From Octopus vulgaris (taxonomy: Eukaryota): 64,000 nucleotides of DNA. The position numbers and the translations under genes are program-made. The notes beneath the pieces were generated by a model. It was not told where the DNA came from and did no database searches. It saw nothing but the letters and a program-made list of their open reading frames with translations. The stretch covers positions 6,200,001 to 6,264,000 of the forward strand of contig OX597820.1 in the NCBI GenBank assembly GCA_951406725.2. Direction: 5' to 3'. Below, piece by piece: positions 25,936 to 37,690 of the stretch; position 1 is the first letter of the stretch, and every line of letters starts with the position of its first letter.

Positions 25936-26525
25936 ATGTATGTATGTATGTATGTATGTATGTATGTATGTATGTGTGTATGTATGCATGTATGTATGCA
26001 TGTATGTATGTATGCTTGTATGTATGTATGAATGTATGTATGTATATATGTATGCATGTATACATGTATGCTTGTATGTAAGTATGTATGCATGCATGCT
26101 TGTATGTATGTATGTATGTATGCATGTATGTGTGTGTGTATGTATGTATGTATGTATGTATGTATGCATGTATGTATGTATGTATGTATGTATGTATGTA
26201 TGTATATATATATATGTATGTATGTCTGAATGTATGTATGTATGTATGTATGTATGTCTAAATGTATGTATGTCTGAATGTATGTATATATGTATATATA
26301 AATGTATGTATGTATGTATATATGTATATATGAATGTATGTATGTCTGAATGCATGTATGTATATATGAATGTATGTATGTATGTATGTCTGAATGTATG
26401 TATGTCTGAATGCATGTATGTATGTATGCATGTACGCATGTATGCAAGTATGTATGTATGCCTGTATGTGTGTATGTATGCATGCATATATGCGTGTCTG
26501 TGTGTGTGTATATGTGTATATATAT
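25895..26525. repeat. Degenerate (TATG)n array
   Basis: TATG repeats with TCTGAATG variants. Confidence 0.9.
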
Positions 26526-27231
26526 AATTTATACATACGTACGCTTAGACATACAGGCACACATGCGTGCATACATACGTACATATTTACATGTGTATTG
26601 GCGTAGACATTGATACGCTGAGGTGGCGTAGTGTGTAACATTCCTTTTCACAGACTGCCTCACATCAGATGCCTTTATATATTTTTGTGTAATGTTATCT
26701 AAAAGTAAATGGTTCAAAAATAGATGTGATGGGCATGGCAGGAATTGTTTTCATCATAGATATGTTTGATGAGGGCAGGTCTCAAGGCTAAACAGCAGCA
26801 ACATTAGTATCAACAACAACAGCAACAATAATAGGAAGATATAATAATGATATTTACAGAGAATCATGATGTTAATTAAATTAATTAGTAACAAACCTCG
26901 TTAATTAATCTGTTTATAGTTCGATATGTAAAACCGCCAGAAACTGGACAAAAAAACTGCTCAGATTTTATGGAAGCTGCAAAGAGACATAAAAAAAGAA
27001 TTGATCAAAATAATGTGGTACTGTATAGTGTAGGTGCTGTAGTAGGGCTGTAGTAGTGTTGTGTAACGTGGGGGATGTAGTGCAGAGCATGTAATGGTGT
27101 GGTGGGTGGTTTGGGTGTTTGGTCTGGATATTATATTTTGTAGTCTGGGTGGTTTAAAGTGTGGTTGTTGTCTCCCATTCTAAATATTAGGTGATATGAA
27201 AGTAAGTAGGTGTTTGAGTGCTAGCGTTTGG

Positions 27232-27281
<50 letters not shown>

Positions 27282-27564
27282 TACGTAGTCGCCGTATCGG
27301 CGAATGACCATGAAATTAGCGTCGCGATGATAATGTGTCGGTTTCAATTCTGCAGTTTGACACATTGAGCATTTAAAAATCCAGTTGTCTCATATACAAT
27401 GTCAGGCTAATTCCGCATAAAGATTTCATTGATGGTATACATCTCTGAGTAATACTCGTCACCATACATGGTTATTCCATGGACCGAGAGGATCAGTTGA
27501 TCAAGAGAATTATCACTCATGGTCGGAAGAAGGTATACATCTCCGAGGAATGTACATATGTATG

Positions 27565-27611
<47 letters not shown>

Positions 27612-27613
<2 letters not shown>

Positions 27614-27920
27614 TCAAAATAAGTAACAAGGATATCCAATGTACAATCGTTTCATGCTACTTCATTTTATTAAACACTGTAAGTATTACATCAGTTTTAA
27701 AATGTCGAGCAATCTTCAACCACATATAGAATTTTTTAATTAAACGAACAATGCACATTTTTATACTTATTTCATTTGCCAACATTACAAAGAGGGTAAA
27801 TATATAGACAGAGTGGATTATAATCACCCCATTTAATTTATATGGATAATACCATACAAAATTCTGGTGCCTTTAACTTAAGTACCATATTCATCTGATT
27901 CTAACTTTTGCTGAACTTAT
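27612..27920 (-). mobile_element. Repeat family F (Penelope-like/retrozyme-like) with a degenerate hammerhead
   Basis: 27612-27787 matches 36910-37090. 27818-27920 is the reverse complement of 36808-36911. Confidence 0.75.
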
Positions 27921-28365
27921 ATATATATATATTTATATATGTATGTATGTATGTATATATGTATGTGTGCGTATGTGTGTACGTCTGTATTATGTGTGTG
28001 TGCATATGTGTATGTATGTATGTTTGTATATGTGTATCTATCTGTATATGTATGTGTGCATGTATTAATGCATGTATGCATGTAATAAATATATGTGTGT
28101 ATGTGTGTGTATGTGTGTATGTATGTCTGTATTATGTGTGTGCATATTTGTATGTACGTATATGTGTTTTTATATATGTATGTATGTATGGGTGTATGCA
28201 GGATTTTGTGTCAAGTTATAATGAAGACAATTTAATATTAAAGAATTTCCTAAATGCTTAGGAGAGTACATGTACTTCAGAGAGTACATGTTTGTTAAAC
28301 TTTTATGGAAGTAGGATAGTAATAACTTCGAAAATTTTACCTCACATCCTCCATCAGACTAATGA

Positions 28366-28396
<31 letters not shown>

Positions 28397-28423
28397 TTTA
28401 TATCTATATATATATACATTTAA

Positions 28424-28652
28424 GGCGGCGAGCTGCTAGAAACGTTAGCACGCCGGGTGAAATGCTTAGCGGTATTTCGTCTGCCGTTTCGTTCTGAGTT
28501 CAAATTCCGCCGAGGTCGACTTTGCCTTTCATCCTTTCGGGGTCGATAAATTAAGTACCAGTTACGCACTGGGGTCGACATAATCGACTTTGTCTGTCCT
28601 TGTTTGTCCTCTCTGTGTTTAGCCCCTTGTGGGTAGTAAAGAAATAGGTATT
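28424..28652 (+). mobile_element. Full-length SINE, family D
   Basis: GGCGGCGAGCTG..GAGTTCAAATTCCGCCGAGGTCGACTTTGCCTTTCATCCTTTCGGGGTCG..GTAGTAAAGAAATAGGTATT. Confidence 0.9.
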
Positions 28653-28734
28653 GGTATGTAGAAGACCCAAAGAGTGTCAGGTAACGCTAAGTAAGAGCTA
28701 TGTACAGACCGTAGTTAAACTCTTGGTTCGATCA

Positions 28735-29318
28735 TGATACGAGTGATCACTCGTGATGGCGATGTTATGCCTCCATTCATCTCACACGGCCCCAGGTTCA
28801 ACACGGAGGCGTATAACAAGTACCTAGAGGTAGAACTGCTCTGGGTCAAGAAGGTGGCTGTTGGAAGACCCTATTTTTGACAACAGGACTCTGCACCATG
28901 CCACACAAGTAGGAGAACCCAGTCATGGCTGACAATTTCTACGACTACATCCCACCTAACATCTGGTCACCTAAATCTCCACACTGCAACCCTCTTGATT
29001 ATGTGTGGGGTGTAGTTGAGAGAGAGACCAATAAAACTCCTTGTAACACTGAAGACGAATTGAAGGCAAGGATTATGGCAGCATTCACCAACTTAATCAA
29101 GGAGACTGTCCAGAAGAGTTGCAGGAGATTCCGAAGTCGTCTGGAGGCTGTCGTTGAAGCCAATGGCGATTTTATTGAATAAATTTACTCTTCAGTATTT
29201 CAAGATATTTTTATGTAATTTTGGTTAATATCTGTTAAAATAAGATGTCAGAACCGCGAATATTTTAACTATTTATCTTTTTGAGTAATTTACACGACAG
29301 TTTATTCACTGCACCCTG
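28735..29318 (+). mobile_element. Tc1/mariner DD37D (maT-type) transposase 3' relic with right TIR
   Basis: VITRDGDVMPPFI..QQDSAPCHTSRRTQSW..NIWSPKSPHCNPLDY..ELKARIMAAF..RFRSRLEAVVEANGDFIE*. About 37 residues separate the last two catalytic Asp after frameshift correction. It ends CACCCTG|TA. Confidence 0.85.
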
Positions 29319-29342
29319 TATTGCTATGCGAGTACATCTCCG

Positions 29343-29613
<271 letters not shown>

Positions 29614-29619
29614 TACTCA

Positions 29620-29730
29620 CACGATAGGCTTCTTACAGTTTCTGTCTTCCAAATCCACTCACTTGGCATTATTTAGCCGAGGCTAAGTAGGAGACACTGA
29701 ACCCGGAAACATGTGGTTGGGAGGCAAATC
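29620..29730 (-). mobile_element. SINE family A 5'-half fragment
   Basis: GGCTTCTTACAGTTTCTGTCTTCCAAATCCACTCAC..CTGAACCCGGAAACATGTGGTTGGGAGGCAA. Confidence 0.7.
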
Positions 29731-30120
29731 TCGTGGTACAATATATATTAGTGTAAGGAGCAATTACGAAAAATTGAGAGTAGAAGTGGGAGTATGTGGA
29801 AAAGAGAAGGTTACATAGATTAGGGTGGATGGAAAGAGGACGGAGAGATTAAGTGGGAGACACTCCTGGGACGACGGTGGTGTAGAGGGCGTGGTGGTGG
29901 TGGTAGTAGTGGTAGTAATAGTAGTAGTAGTAGTAGTAGGAGGAGGAGGAGGAGGAGGAGGAGGAGTAAGGGGAGTAGGGGTTTGGGGTGGACGTGATAA
30001 ATGGTTTAGGTGCTCTTCGGTGAGCTAGAATCTCAGCAAAAGAATAGGTTGTGTAGGAGACTGGGTGGGAGGGGGAGAGATAAAGGTAAATAGCGAGCGA
30101 AGAAGAGATAGACAGATGCG

Positions 30121-30155
<35 letters not shown>

Positions 30156-30156
30156 C

Positions 30157-30197
<41 letters not shown>

Positions 30198-30276
30198 ACG
30201 TGTACAAAGAGAGAAAATGGGGGAGAGAGAAAGAATGGGAAGGAGGGGGAAGTGAAAATATAACAAAACAAATATA

Positions 30277-30401
30277 TTACTCTTTTACTCTTTTACTTGT
30301 TTCAGTCATTTGACTGCGGCCATGCTGGAGCACCGCTTTTAGTCGAGCAACTCGACCCCGGGACTTATTCTTTGTAAGCCTAGTACTTATTCTATCGGTC
30401 T
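30277..30401 (-). mobile_element. SINE family A 3' fragment
   Basis: TACTCTTT repeats, then GTTTCAGTCATTTGACTGCGGCCATGCTGGAGCACCGC..TATCGGTCTC. Confidence 0.85.
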
Positions 30402-30614
30402 CATATGAAAATGATGAAATTATAACTGATACGCAACAAGGGAATACACACACACACACACATGGAGGAGATGTTTGTTTATATTTATACTTATATGAGT
30501 CTCTGTATATACATATATAAACTTGAATGCGCATGCGTATACAGACACACACACACACACACACATATAAATATATCTACCCGTATGTGTACATACATGC
30601 GTATGCATGTACAC

Positions 30615-30650
<36 letters not shown>

Positions 30651-30689
30651 ATTTCTCCGTTCCACCCTCTCCCTGTCTCTCTATTTCCT

Positions 30690-30744
<55 letters not shown>

Positions 30745-31092
30745 ATGTGTGAGTGTATGTGTGTGTGTGTGTAGCTCTTTACGTTTCTTATTGGATTTTG
30801 CTTCTGTTGAAATTTACTTTGTCAAAAATTTGAAAAGAATAAGTGATTCTACTTAAAACTCAGATCTACACTCGCTCACACGAAAGACGGGTATGGTTAA
30901 CGTATAAATTATAGATGCGGGTGTGTGTGTGTTTATAAAAGTAAGTGCATGTACCTACGTAAATACATACTTACAACTCTATGTATGTATGTATGTATGT
31001 ATCTATCTATCCATCTATGTATGTATCTATCTATTTGCATCCCCAACCAAGAATTTTTGATGTAATACATGTCCTTGTGGAAGTAGTTGTGC

Positions 31093-31170
31093 GCGGCTGA
31101 AGAAGGCCACAGACACACATTACGCATTGTTATAAATCCGTCTCATAAAGGCCCGAAACATATGTACCGC
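31093..31170 (+). ncRNA. Minimal type-I hammerhead ribozyme motif (Penelope-like)
   Basis: Stem I GCGG/CCGC, core CTGAAGA, stem II GGCC..GGCC, GAAA, palindromic stem III ACATATGT, and a GUA cleavage triplet ending at 31166. Confidence 0.7.
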
Positions 31171-31277
31171 TGAATCCTTGGCATCATGTTTTTATTTTGA
31201 TTAATTTATTTGTACACACATACACATGGGAACGTACATACACATGAACACACAAGCATACATAAACATGGATAATA

Positions 31278-31601
31278 AGCAATGGTCGGGAGTATCATAA
31301 CCATGTGTTGAGAGGAATTCTTTGAAGTTTGAATAATCCAGCTTTGGAAACATGGGTGTTTTGTTTACATACTTAAACAACAATTATTCAAGCACCATTT
31401 GAATGGCATGGGCTACTCGACCTGAGGAAAATTCTAACTGGGCCCCACCTGCAAGGTCATCCGTTGTTTATGAGATCACCATGTTACGCAATATGGTTGC
31501 GATGCATGAGCCTGGTGCACCCTTATCAGACAGGTAGTCATGATGGGTATACTGGGCTTTGTATATTTTATCCCAGTGTCACTTTGATGTCTCACTCACT
31601 C
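31278..31601 (+). mobile_element. Repeat family E, 5'-truncated copy
   Basis: Homologous to about 23830-24170 and followed by (TAA)n at 31602-31666. Confidence 0.75.
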
Positions 31602-31666
<65 letters not shown>

Positions 31667-32265
31667 GCGAATGCCCGAAATTGGCACAACGCGAATAGAA
31701 AATACCTCATGACAATATGGCAAGAATGATCCATTGGGAGTTCTGTGGAAATCGCAACATACAAAGAGCAAAGACGTGGTATGAGCAAACTCCAAAAGGA
31801 GTCGCCGAAAGTGAGAATTGTAAAATTCTGTAGGATATAATGATCCAGTATGATCACCTGACCAGACATCGGAAACTGGACATTGTTGTGGCGAATAAAA
31901 ATGAAAGAACATGTATGACAATCGACGTAGGATGCCCCGGTAACAACGAGATCAATGTGAAAGAAGAAGAAAAAATATACAACAATGACGATTTGAAATG
32001 GGAAATACGAAGGTTGTGGTCAATGAGGAGATTAGATGTGGTACCAGTAATAATTGGTGCGCTTAGAAGTATCAGCACTCAACTACCAACATTAACTGAA
32101 AAAGTTTGGTGCAAGTGTGAAGGTAGAACACCTATAAAAATCAGCATTACTTGGAACTGCAAGAATTCTTCGCAGTGTTCTTGAAGCAAGACCAGAAAAC
32201 AGGTGTCACTGTGGGCAGCTGGCACTTTCCATCATACCCAGCAAAATAAGAGGTGAGTTTTCAGA
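31667..32265 (+). mobile_element. R4/Dong-clade LINE 3' end with restriction-like endonuclease domain
   Basis: HDNMARMIHWEFC..KTWYEQTPKGVAESENCKIL*DIMIQYDHLTRHRKLDIVV..CMTIDVGCP..KEEEKI..DLKWEIRRLW..VVPVIIGAL..KSALLGTARILRSVL. Flanked by (TAA)n on both sides. Confidence 0.9.
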
Positions 32266-32288
32266 TAATGATAATAATAATAATAATA

Positions 32289-32335
<47 letters not shown>

Positions 32336-32371
32336 AATAATAATAATTATGATGATAATGATGATGACAAT

Positions 32372-32750
32372 GAACTATACTCCAAGAGTGAAGTGTCAAG
32401 ATGTTATGTAAAGAGGAAAGAAGGAAGAGGGGGATTGGTGTGTTGTGAAGGTTGAGTAAGTGAAGAGGAGAATAGCCTGGCTTGGTATGTGAAGGGGAAT
32501 AAAGAAGAAATGATTGAAGCAGTGAAAATGCAGGGAACCCTAAAAGTAGACCCTAAACAATTTAAGAAAGACCAGAGAGCAGATGAAGAAAATTTAGCAG
32601 GAGAAGGAAATGCAGTCAGTTCTTGAAGAATAAAGGTGATATTGGTTGGAATAGAACCTGGCAATGGCGCTCAAGAACAAGCTCTCAGAACAAACTACAC
32701 CAAATATCACATTGATAAAAGAACTGACTCGCTACAGTGTTGGATGTGCT
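32372..32750 (+). mobile_element. R4/Dong-clade LINE fragment (post-RT region to the start of the CCHC knuckle)
   Basis: LYSKSEVSRCYVKRKEGRGGL..EENSLAWYV..RTWQW..AQEQALRTNYTKYHIDKRTDSLQCWMC. Confidence 0.85.
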
Positions 32751-32967
32751 TCTGAGTAAAGACTCTATCGATGTAGACTTAGACTTTCATCCTCTTGTGG
32801 GTCAATGAATTAAGTACTAGAAGAGCAATGGGGCTATATAATCGACTTATCTCATGCCTCGAAATCCCTGGCCTTGTGACAGTTATTTTCAGTATTCTAA
32901 AAATTATTTTACCTCCATAAATTCACTATTTATTTTATATATTTTCTAATACTCTCTACGCTTCCCT

Positions 32968-33000
32968 TTCTTTGACGAAGGAGCAACGTCCGAAACGTTC
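32968..33000 (+). ncRNA. Degenerate hammerhead-like motif
   Basis: TTGACGA A GGA GCAACG TCC GAAA CGTT. C3 is mutated and stem I is unclear. Confidence 0.4.
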
Positions 33001-33546
33001 CGAATTTACCCTCCAATTCACAAACCCAAAATTGTAATTTTTGTCAAATATTCTTCTTCTTGCATTGTCAATTTTATTTTTCATCCTTACACGCACACGC
33101 GCGCACGCGACTGTATTTATCAAAATAGGCACATGTATGTGTGTATATATATGATATTTACGCACGCACGCGCACACACACATCCCCCTCTCTCTCTCTC
33201 ACTCACACACACACACACACACACGTATATGCATAGGTGAAGTGAGAATTTAGTGTCATGTTTATATCGAACATTTTTCCAAATTTGTTCCAAACACAAA
33301 GTTATTTTTAGGGATTTTATCCGAATCCTTTTCATCCTACAAATATTTACGATTTAGTTTAAGACAATATTTTAATCCAAATAATACGTTGTTATATTTT
33401 TAAAAATATTATCATCAGAGACTTGAGATGGTATCAGTTTCTGAAATGTATTTATATTCCCTCTTCAATAAATATGGTGTGTGAATGGGTGGGCTTTGTA
33501 TGTATGTATGTATGTATGTATGTATGTATGTATGTATGTATGTATG

Positions 33547-33580
<34 letters not shown>

Positions 33581-33644
33581 TGTATGTATGTATGTATGTA
33601 TGTGTGTGTGCGTATACCTGCATATACACACACAGGCATATATG

Positions 33645-33684
<40 letters not shown>

Positions 33685-33706
33685 CATACATATATATGTG
33701 TGCGTA

Positions 33707-33876
33707 GGCGCAGGCTTGGCTGTGTGGTAAGAAGCTTGCTTCCCAGTCACATGGTTCTGGGTTCAGTCCCACTGCGTGGCACCTTGGGCAAGTGTCTCTT
33801 ACTATAGACTCAGGCCGACCACAAACTTGTGAGAAGATTTGGCAGAGGGAAACTGAAAGAAGCCCGTCGTATATAC

Positions 33877-33932
<56 letters not shown>

Positions 33933-34130
33933 CTGTTTGTTCCCCCCCACCTTCGCTTGAAAACCGATGTTGGTGTGTTTACATAACCAGTAACTAGATG
34001 TTCGGCAAAATAAACCGATAGAATAAGTACTAGGCTTACAATAAATAAGTCTTGCGGTCGATTTGTTTGACTAAAAGCGGTGCTCCAACATGGCCACAGA
34101 CAAATGACTGAAACAAATAAACGAATAAAT
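33707..34130 (+). mobile_element. Full-length SINE, family A
   Basis: Colinear with 4370-4785 and has an expanded internal TG tract. Confidence 0.9.
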
Positions 34131-34233
34131 GGAGAAAAGAATACTTCGTTTTAAACAGAATATACTATAACTATATATCTATCTATCTATCTATCTATAT
34201 ATGTACAGATGGATGCAAACATACATTTATACG

Positions 34234-34274
<41 letters not shown>

Positions 34275-34923
34275 GTGTGTGTGTGTAGTGTGTATTTTCT
34301 TCAATTTCCTTCTTATATTTTAATGCTCATTTTCTTCTCTCCGATCGTAAACGCTCGCATTCTTACGGCAAGTTTCCTTTCTCCGTGACCAGTCCAGAAA
34401 ATACACTCTATATTTTCTATGGCGGTTTATTTCACATATCTATCTGTAGTTTTCATTTGTATCTATAGACAAACTATGTTCGGCATCGTTTATGACTACT
34501 TCCGGTTTAGTTCCTGATTTAAATCTGTACGTTTTGTTTTCTATAAATGTCCTTTTCTTTCGTTTACTTTGAACCCTGGAAATATCTAGAATCTCCGGAA
34601 GAACCTATGCTTAAAGGCATTCCATCCATGATAATTCCGTCTGAACATTGCCTATCTACGATTACATTATCCACTTCGTCCATCGCTGTAGATACTACAG
34701 TGTATAGTGTAGATTTTAGGCGATAGTGCTGTTATTTCTAGCATGAGGAGCAACCACATGTGGGCTCAAAAGTTATCTTGGCTTTTTGCTGGACGTCGAT
34801 TAGAGTGGAATAGTGATGATGACGACGATGATGATGATACTTGGCGAGGTAATAAAGGAAAGGAGCAGAAGAAAGAAAAAGAGAAAAGCGAAGCAGCAGC
34901 AGTAGTAGTAGTAGTAGTAGTGG

Positions 34924-35021
34924 AAGAAGAAGAAGAAGAAGAAGAAGAAGAAGAAGAAGAAGAAGAAGAAGAAGAAGAAGAAGAAGAAGAAGAAGAAGAA
35001 GAAGAAGAAGAAGAAGAAGAA
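34924..35021. repeat. (GAA)n microsatellite
   Basis: About 32 GAA units. Confidence 0.95.
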
Positions 35022-35827
35022 ATAATCAATCAGTGTCCGTTCAGTTTACGGTGATGCTGGCTAGAAATATTTCGTCGCCATCTTGTATATCAGCTGAACA
35101 GAGCAAAAAAAAAAAGGAAAAAGGTAAACATCGAAGATGATGGTTCTATAGGAAGGCTATCATTCATGTTGGAATGGTAAGAATGGAAGTAGAGATGGTA
35201 GGTATGGATGGGTAAAAGAGTGGAGGGAACCAGCCAGGTAAATACAGGTTTTCTCAATTGTTTCAGACAGTTTTATGAAGACGAAAGTTAATTTTAGACC
35301 TGTAATTTGAAATGAAGAATTAGCTAGCGTCCGAAGACGAATTCTCTTTAAGTTTCGAGAGTAAGGCATAAAACACAAATAACGGCAACCAACTAAAGAC
35401 ATGGACAAATTTAGATTATCCTGCAGACACCATACCGCGCTACCACCATTACCCACCACCGATGTCTGAACAATGCACGCGCGCGCGCAGACACATCGCA
35501 TGCACGCACGCACACAAGCACTCGTATACTCACACACACACACACACAATGTACGAGCTCAATCTGTACCTCTCTGTCTCTTTCTTTCTCTCTCATTCAG
35601 CATTCTCTTTATCGTTAACATTACTACACGAATATATGTATGTATTTCTGTGTGTGTGTGTAACGACCTCGAACCCACAAGAGTAAACAAGAGAAACAGA
35701 GACAGGCGGAAACAGGAAAAATGCCCCTTGTAAATTGTATTTGAATACGATGCAAATATTTTTTTAAAAACCTTTTCATTTAATTTTTCCAAAATTTAAT
35801 TCTTCCAAACTTGTGTTTCCATACTTA

Positions 35828-35863
35828 CAGTTGAAAAAGTCTCAATGACCGAAACCGGTACTG
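35828..35863 (+). ncRNA. Degenerate minimal hammerhead-like motif
   Basis: CAG TTGAAAA AGTC TCAAT GACC GAAA CCGGT A CTG: stem I CAG/CTG, palindromic ACCGGT, GUA site, mutated core. Confidence 0.4.
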
Positions 35864-36417
35864 AAATGTGTTTCATAAAAGTATTTTATCATTTTCTACC
35901 TTGACTTTATATATATATATGCACATACACACACATAAATATACAATATATATATATGCACGTGTGTATTTAATTCTGTGTATGCATTCATTATCAAGTA
36001 CACGATTATAGCTAAACACACACGCACACACATGCACACAGACATACAAACACACATACCCACATACAAACACTTAATGCACATAAACAGCCATCGTTGT
36101 ATCGTCATTACCAACAATATATTTTTTATTTGGCTGGTTGTTGTCCAATAACCAAATCCCTGAATCTGGCAATCTAGATGTTGGTTTTTGTCCGGCCTTT
36201 ATTCTAAAAAACACCGGCGTGCCGTGCTAGGTTTAGATCGTACCATTATAGATTTGAACATCTGTAGAAACACAACGGACTATCTAGAAGTGCAAGCATT
36301 TATAGATTAGAATACCCCGAGTATAGCAGTTAAGAATGAAATGAAAGAAATCCTTCGTAATTGCGTACAATAATATACAATATTTGCGTACATACATATA
36401 TTCATATTTATAAATGG

Positions 36418-36463
<46 letters not shown>

Positions 36464-36724
36464 GCATATATATAAATATATGTGTACATTAACACATATA
36501 GGGGGAAGAACCGGCAGCGATTTTGACTTCTTAACGCTCCCTTAACTTGGAGCAGATTGAACGATTGGATTTGCACAGATTTGGTATTTTCTCAGCTCAG
36601 AATGTACATCTAAATAATGCAAAAAGCATTCAACAAAAAATAAACATATCGAGGCATTAACTGTCATGAGATGCTCCTGCTTATTACGTCTCTACTCTTT
36701 GGTACATCAAATGGAAAGCTATGA

Positions 36725-36807
<83 letters not shown>

Positions 36808-36811
<4 letters not shown>

Positions 36812-37171
36812 GTTCAGCAAGATTTAGATTCATATGAATATGGTAATTAAGTCAAAGGGACCAGAATTTTGTATGGTATTATCCATATAAATCAAATTGG
36901 GTGATTATAATCAAAATAAGCAACAAGGATATCCAAGGTAGAGTAGTACAATTGTTTCATGCTATTCCATTTTATTAAACAATGTAAGTATTACATCAGT
37001 TTTAGAATGTCGAGCAATCTTCAGCCACTTATAGAATTTTCCAATTAAACGGACAATGAACATTCTTATCTTTATTTCATTTGCCAACATTGCTCGACAT
37101 TTTAAAACTGATGTAATACTTATAGTATTCAATAAAATGAAGTAGCATGAAACAATTGTACTACTCTACCT

Positions 37172-37173
<2 letters not shown>
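36808..37173. mobile_element. Repeat family F with an inverted terminal duplication
   Basis: 36934-37018 and 37089-37173 are roughly 85-bp inverted copies. The element is flanked by (TA)n on both sides. Confidence 0.8.
36942..37029 (-). ncRNA. Type-I hammerhead ribozyme motif with extended stem II
   Basis: Minus strand: AGTGG CTGAAGA TTGCT..(about 55 nt)..AGCAT GAAA CAATTGT A CTACT. Stem I is AGTGG/CTACT with one G.U pair, and stem III is the palindrome ACAATTGT. Confidence 0.65.
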
Positions 37174-37213
<40 letters not shown>

Positions 37214-37299
37214 GCTTGAAACAAAAAAAATTGAATGGAGACTCAGCAGATCCGAAGATTCCCTTTCTTGTGATCTATCAGAAACATACACCAGCCCTG

Positions 37300-37690
37300 C
37301 ATCACCGAAGCACAAATACAAGAAACCAAACTGACCTCTACCATCTGAAGTAGATTAATGGATAATAAACAATAGATGGGGATGTTAGAGGGAAAATTCA
37401 AGCAATTACGCCTCGGTTCCACTATTACCTTTACTCACATCGACAAGAGATCAGACCACAGCCTTTTTCAGTACATATGGAGGCTGATGGAAAGCAACGT
37501 CGACTATGAAATACAGCGGAAAACATTAGGCGTAGTAAGCCATTCATAAACGTGCAAGAAATTGATGTGTATGTTCCGAGATGAATATTAGGCTGAACAT
37601 CAAAGCTTCAATAATATATTTGATTACAAAATCAGAAACCTTTTGCAGGAGTCGACAATACAAAAAATATTTCTATTGAAATTTTGGAAA
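37300..37690 (+). mobile_element. Penelope-like element (Naiad-like) GIY-YIG endonuclease relic
   Basis: From 37376: MGMLEGKFKQ..TFTHIDKRSDHSLFQYIWRLMESNVDYEIQRKTL, then KSETFCRSRQYKKYF. This resembles the YIGxTExxFKxRxxxHxxxF..LSKYIWxLK..Y.IxW..SExxSxCRH pattern. Confidence 0.7.

Noticed and set aside
34441-34575. Possible terminal exon VQSKRKKRTFIENK..NYR*
   Set aside because: Short, no recognised homology, and compatible with chance.
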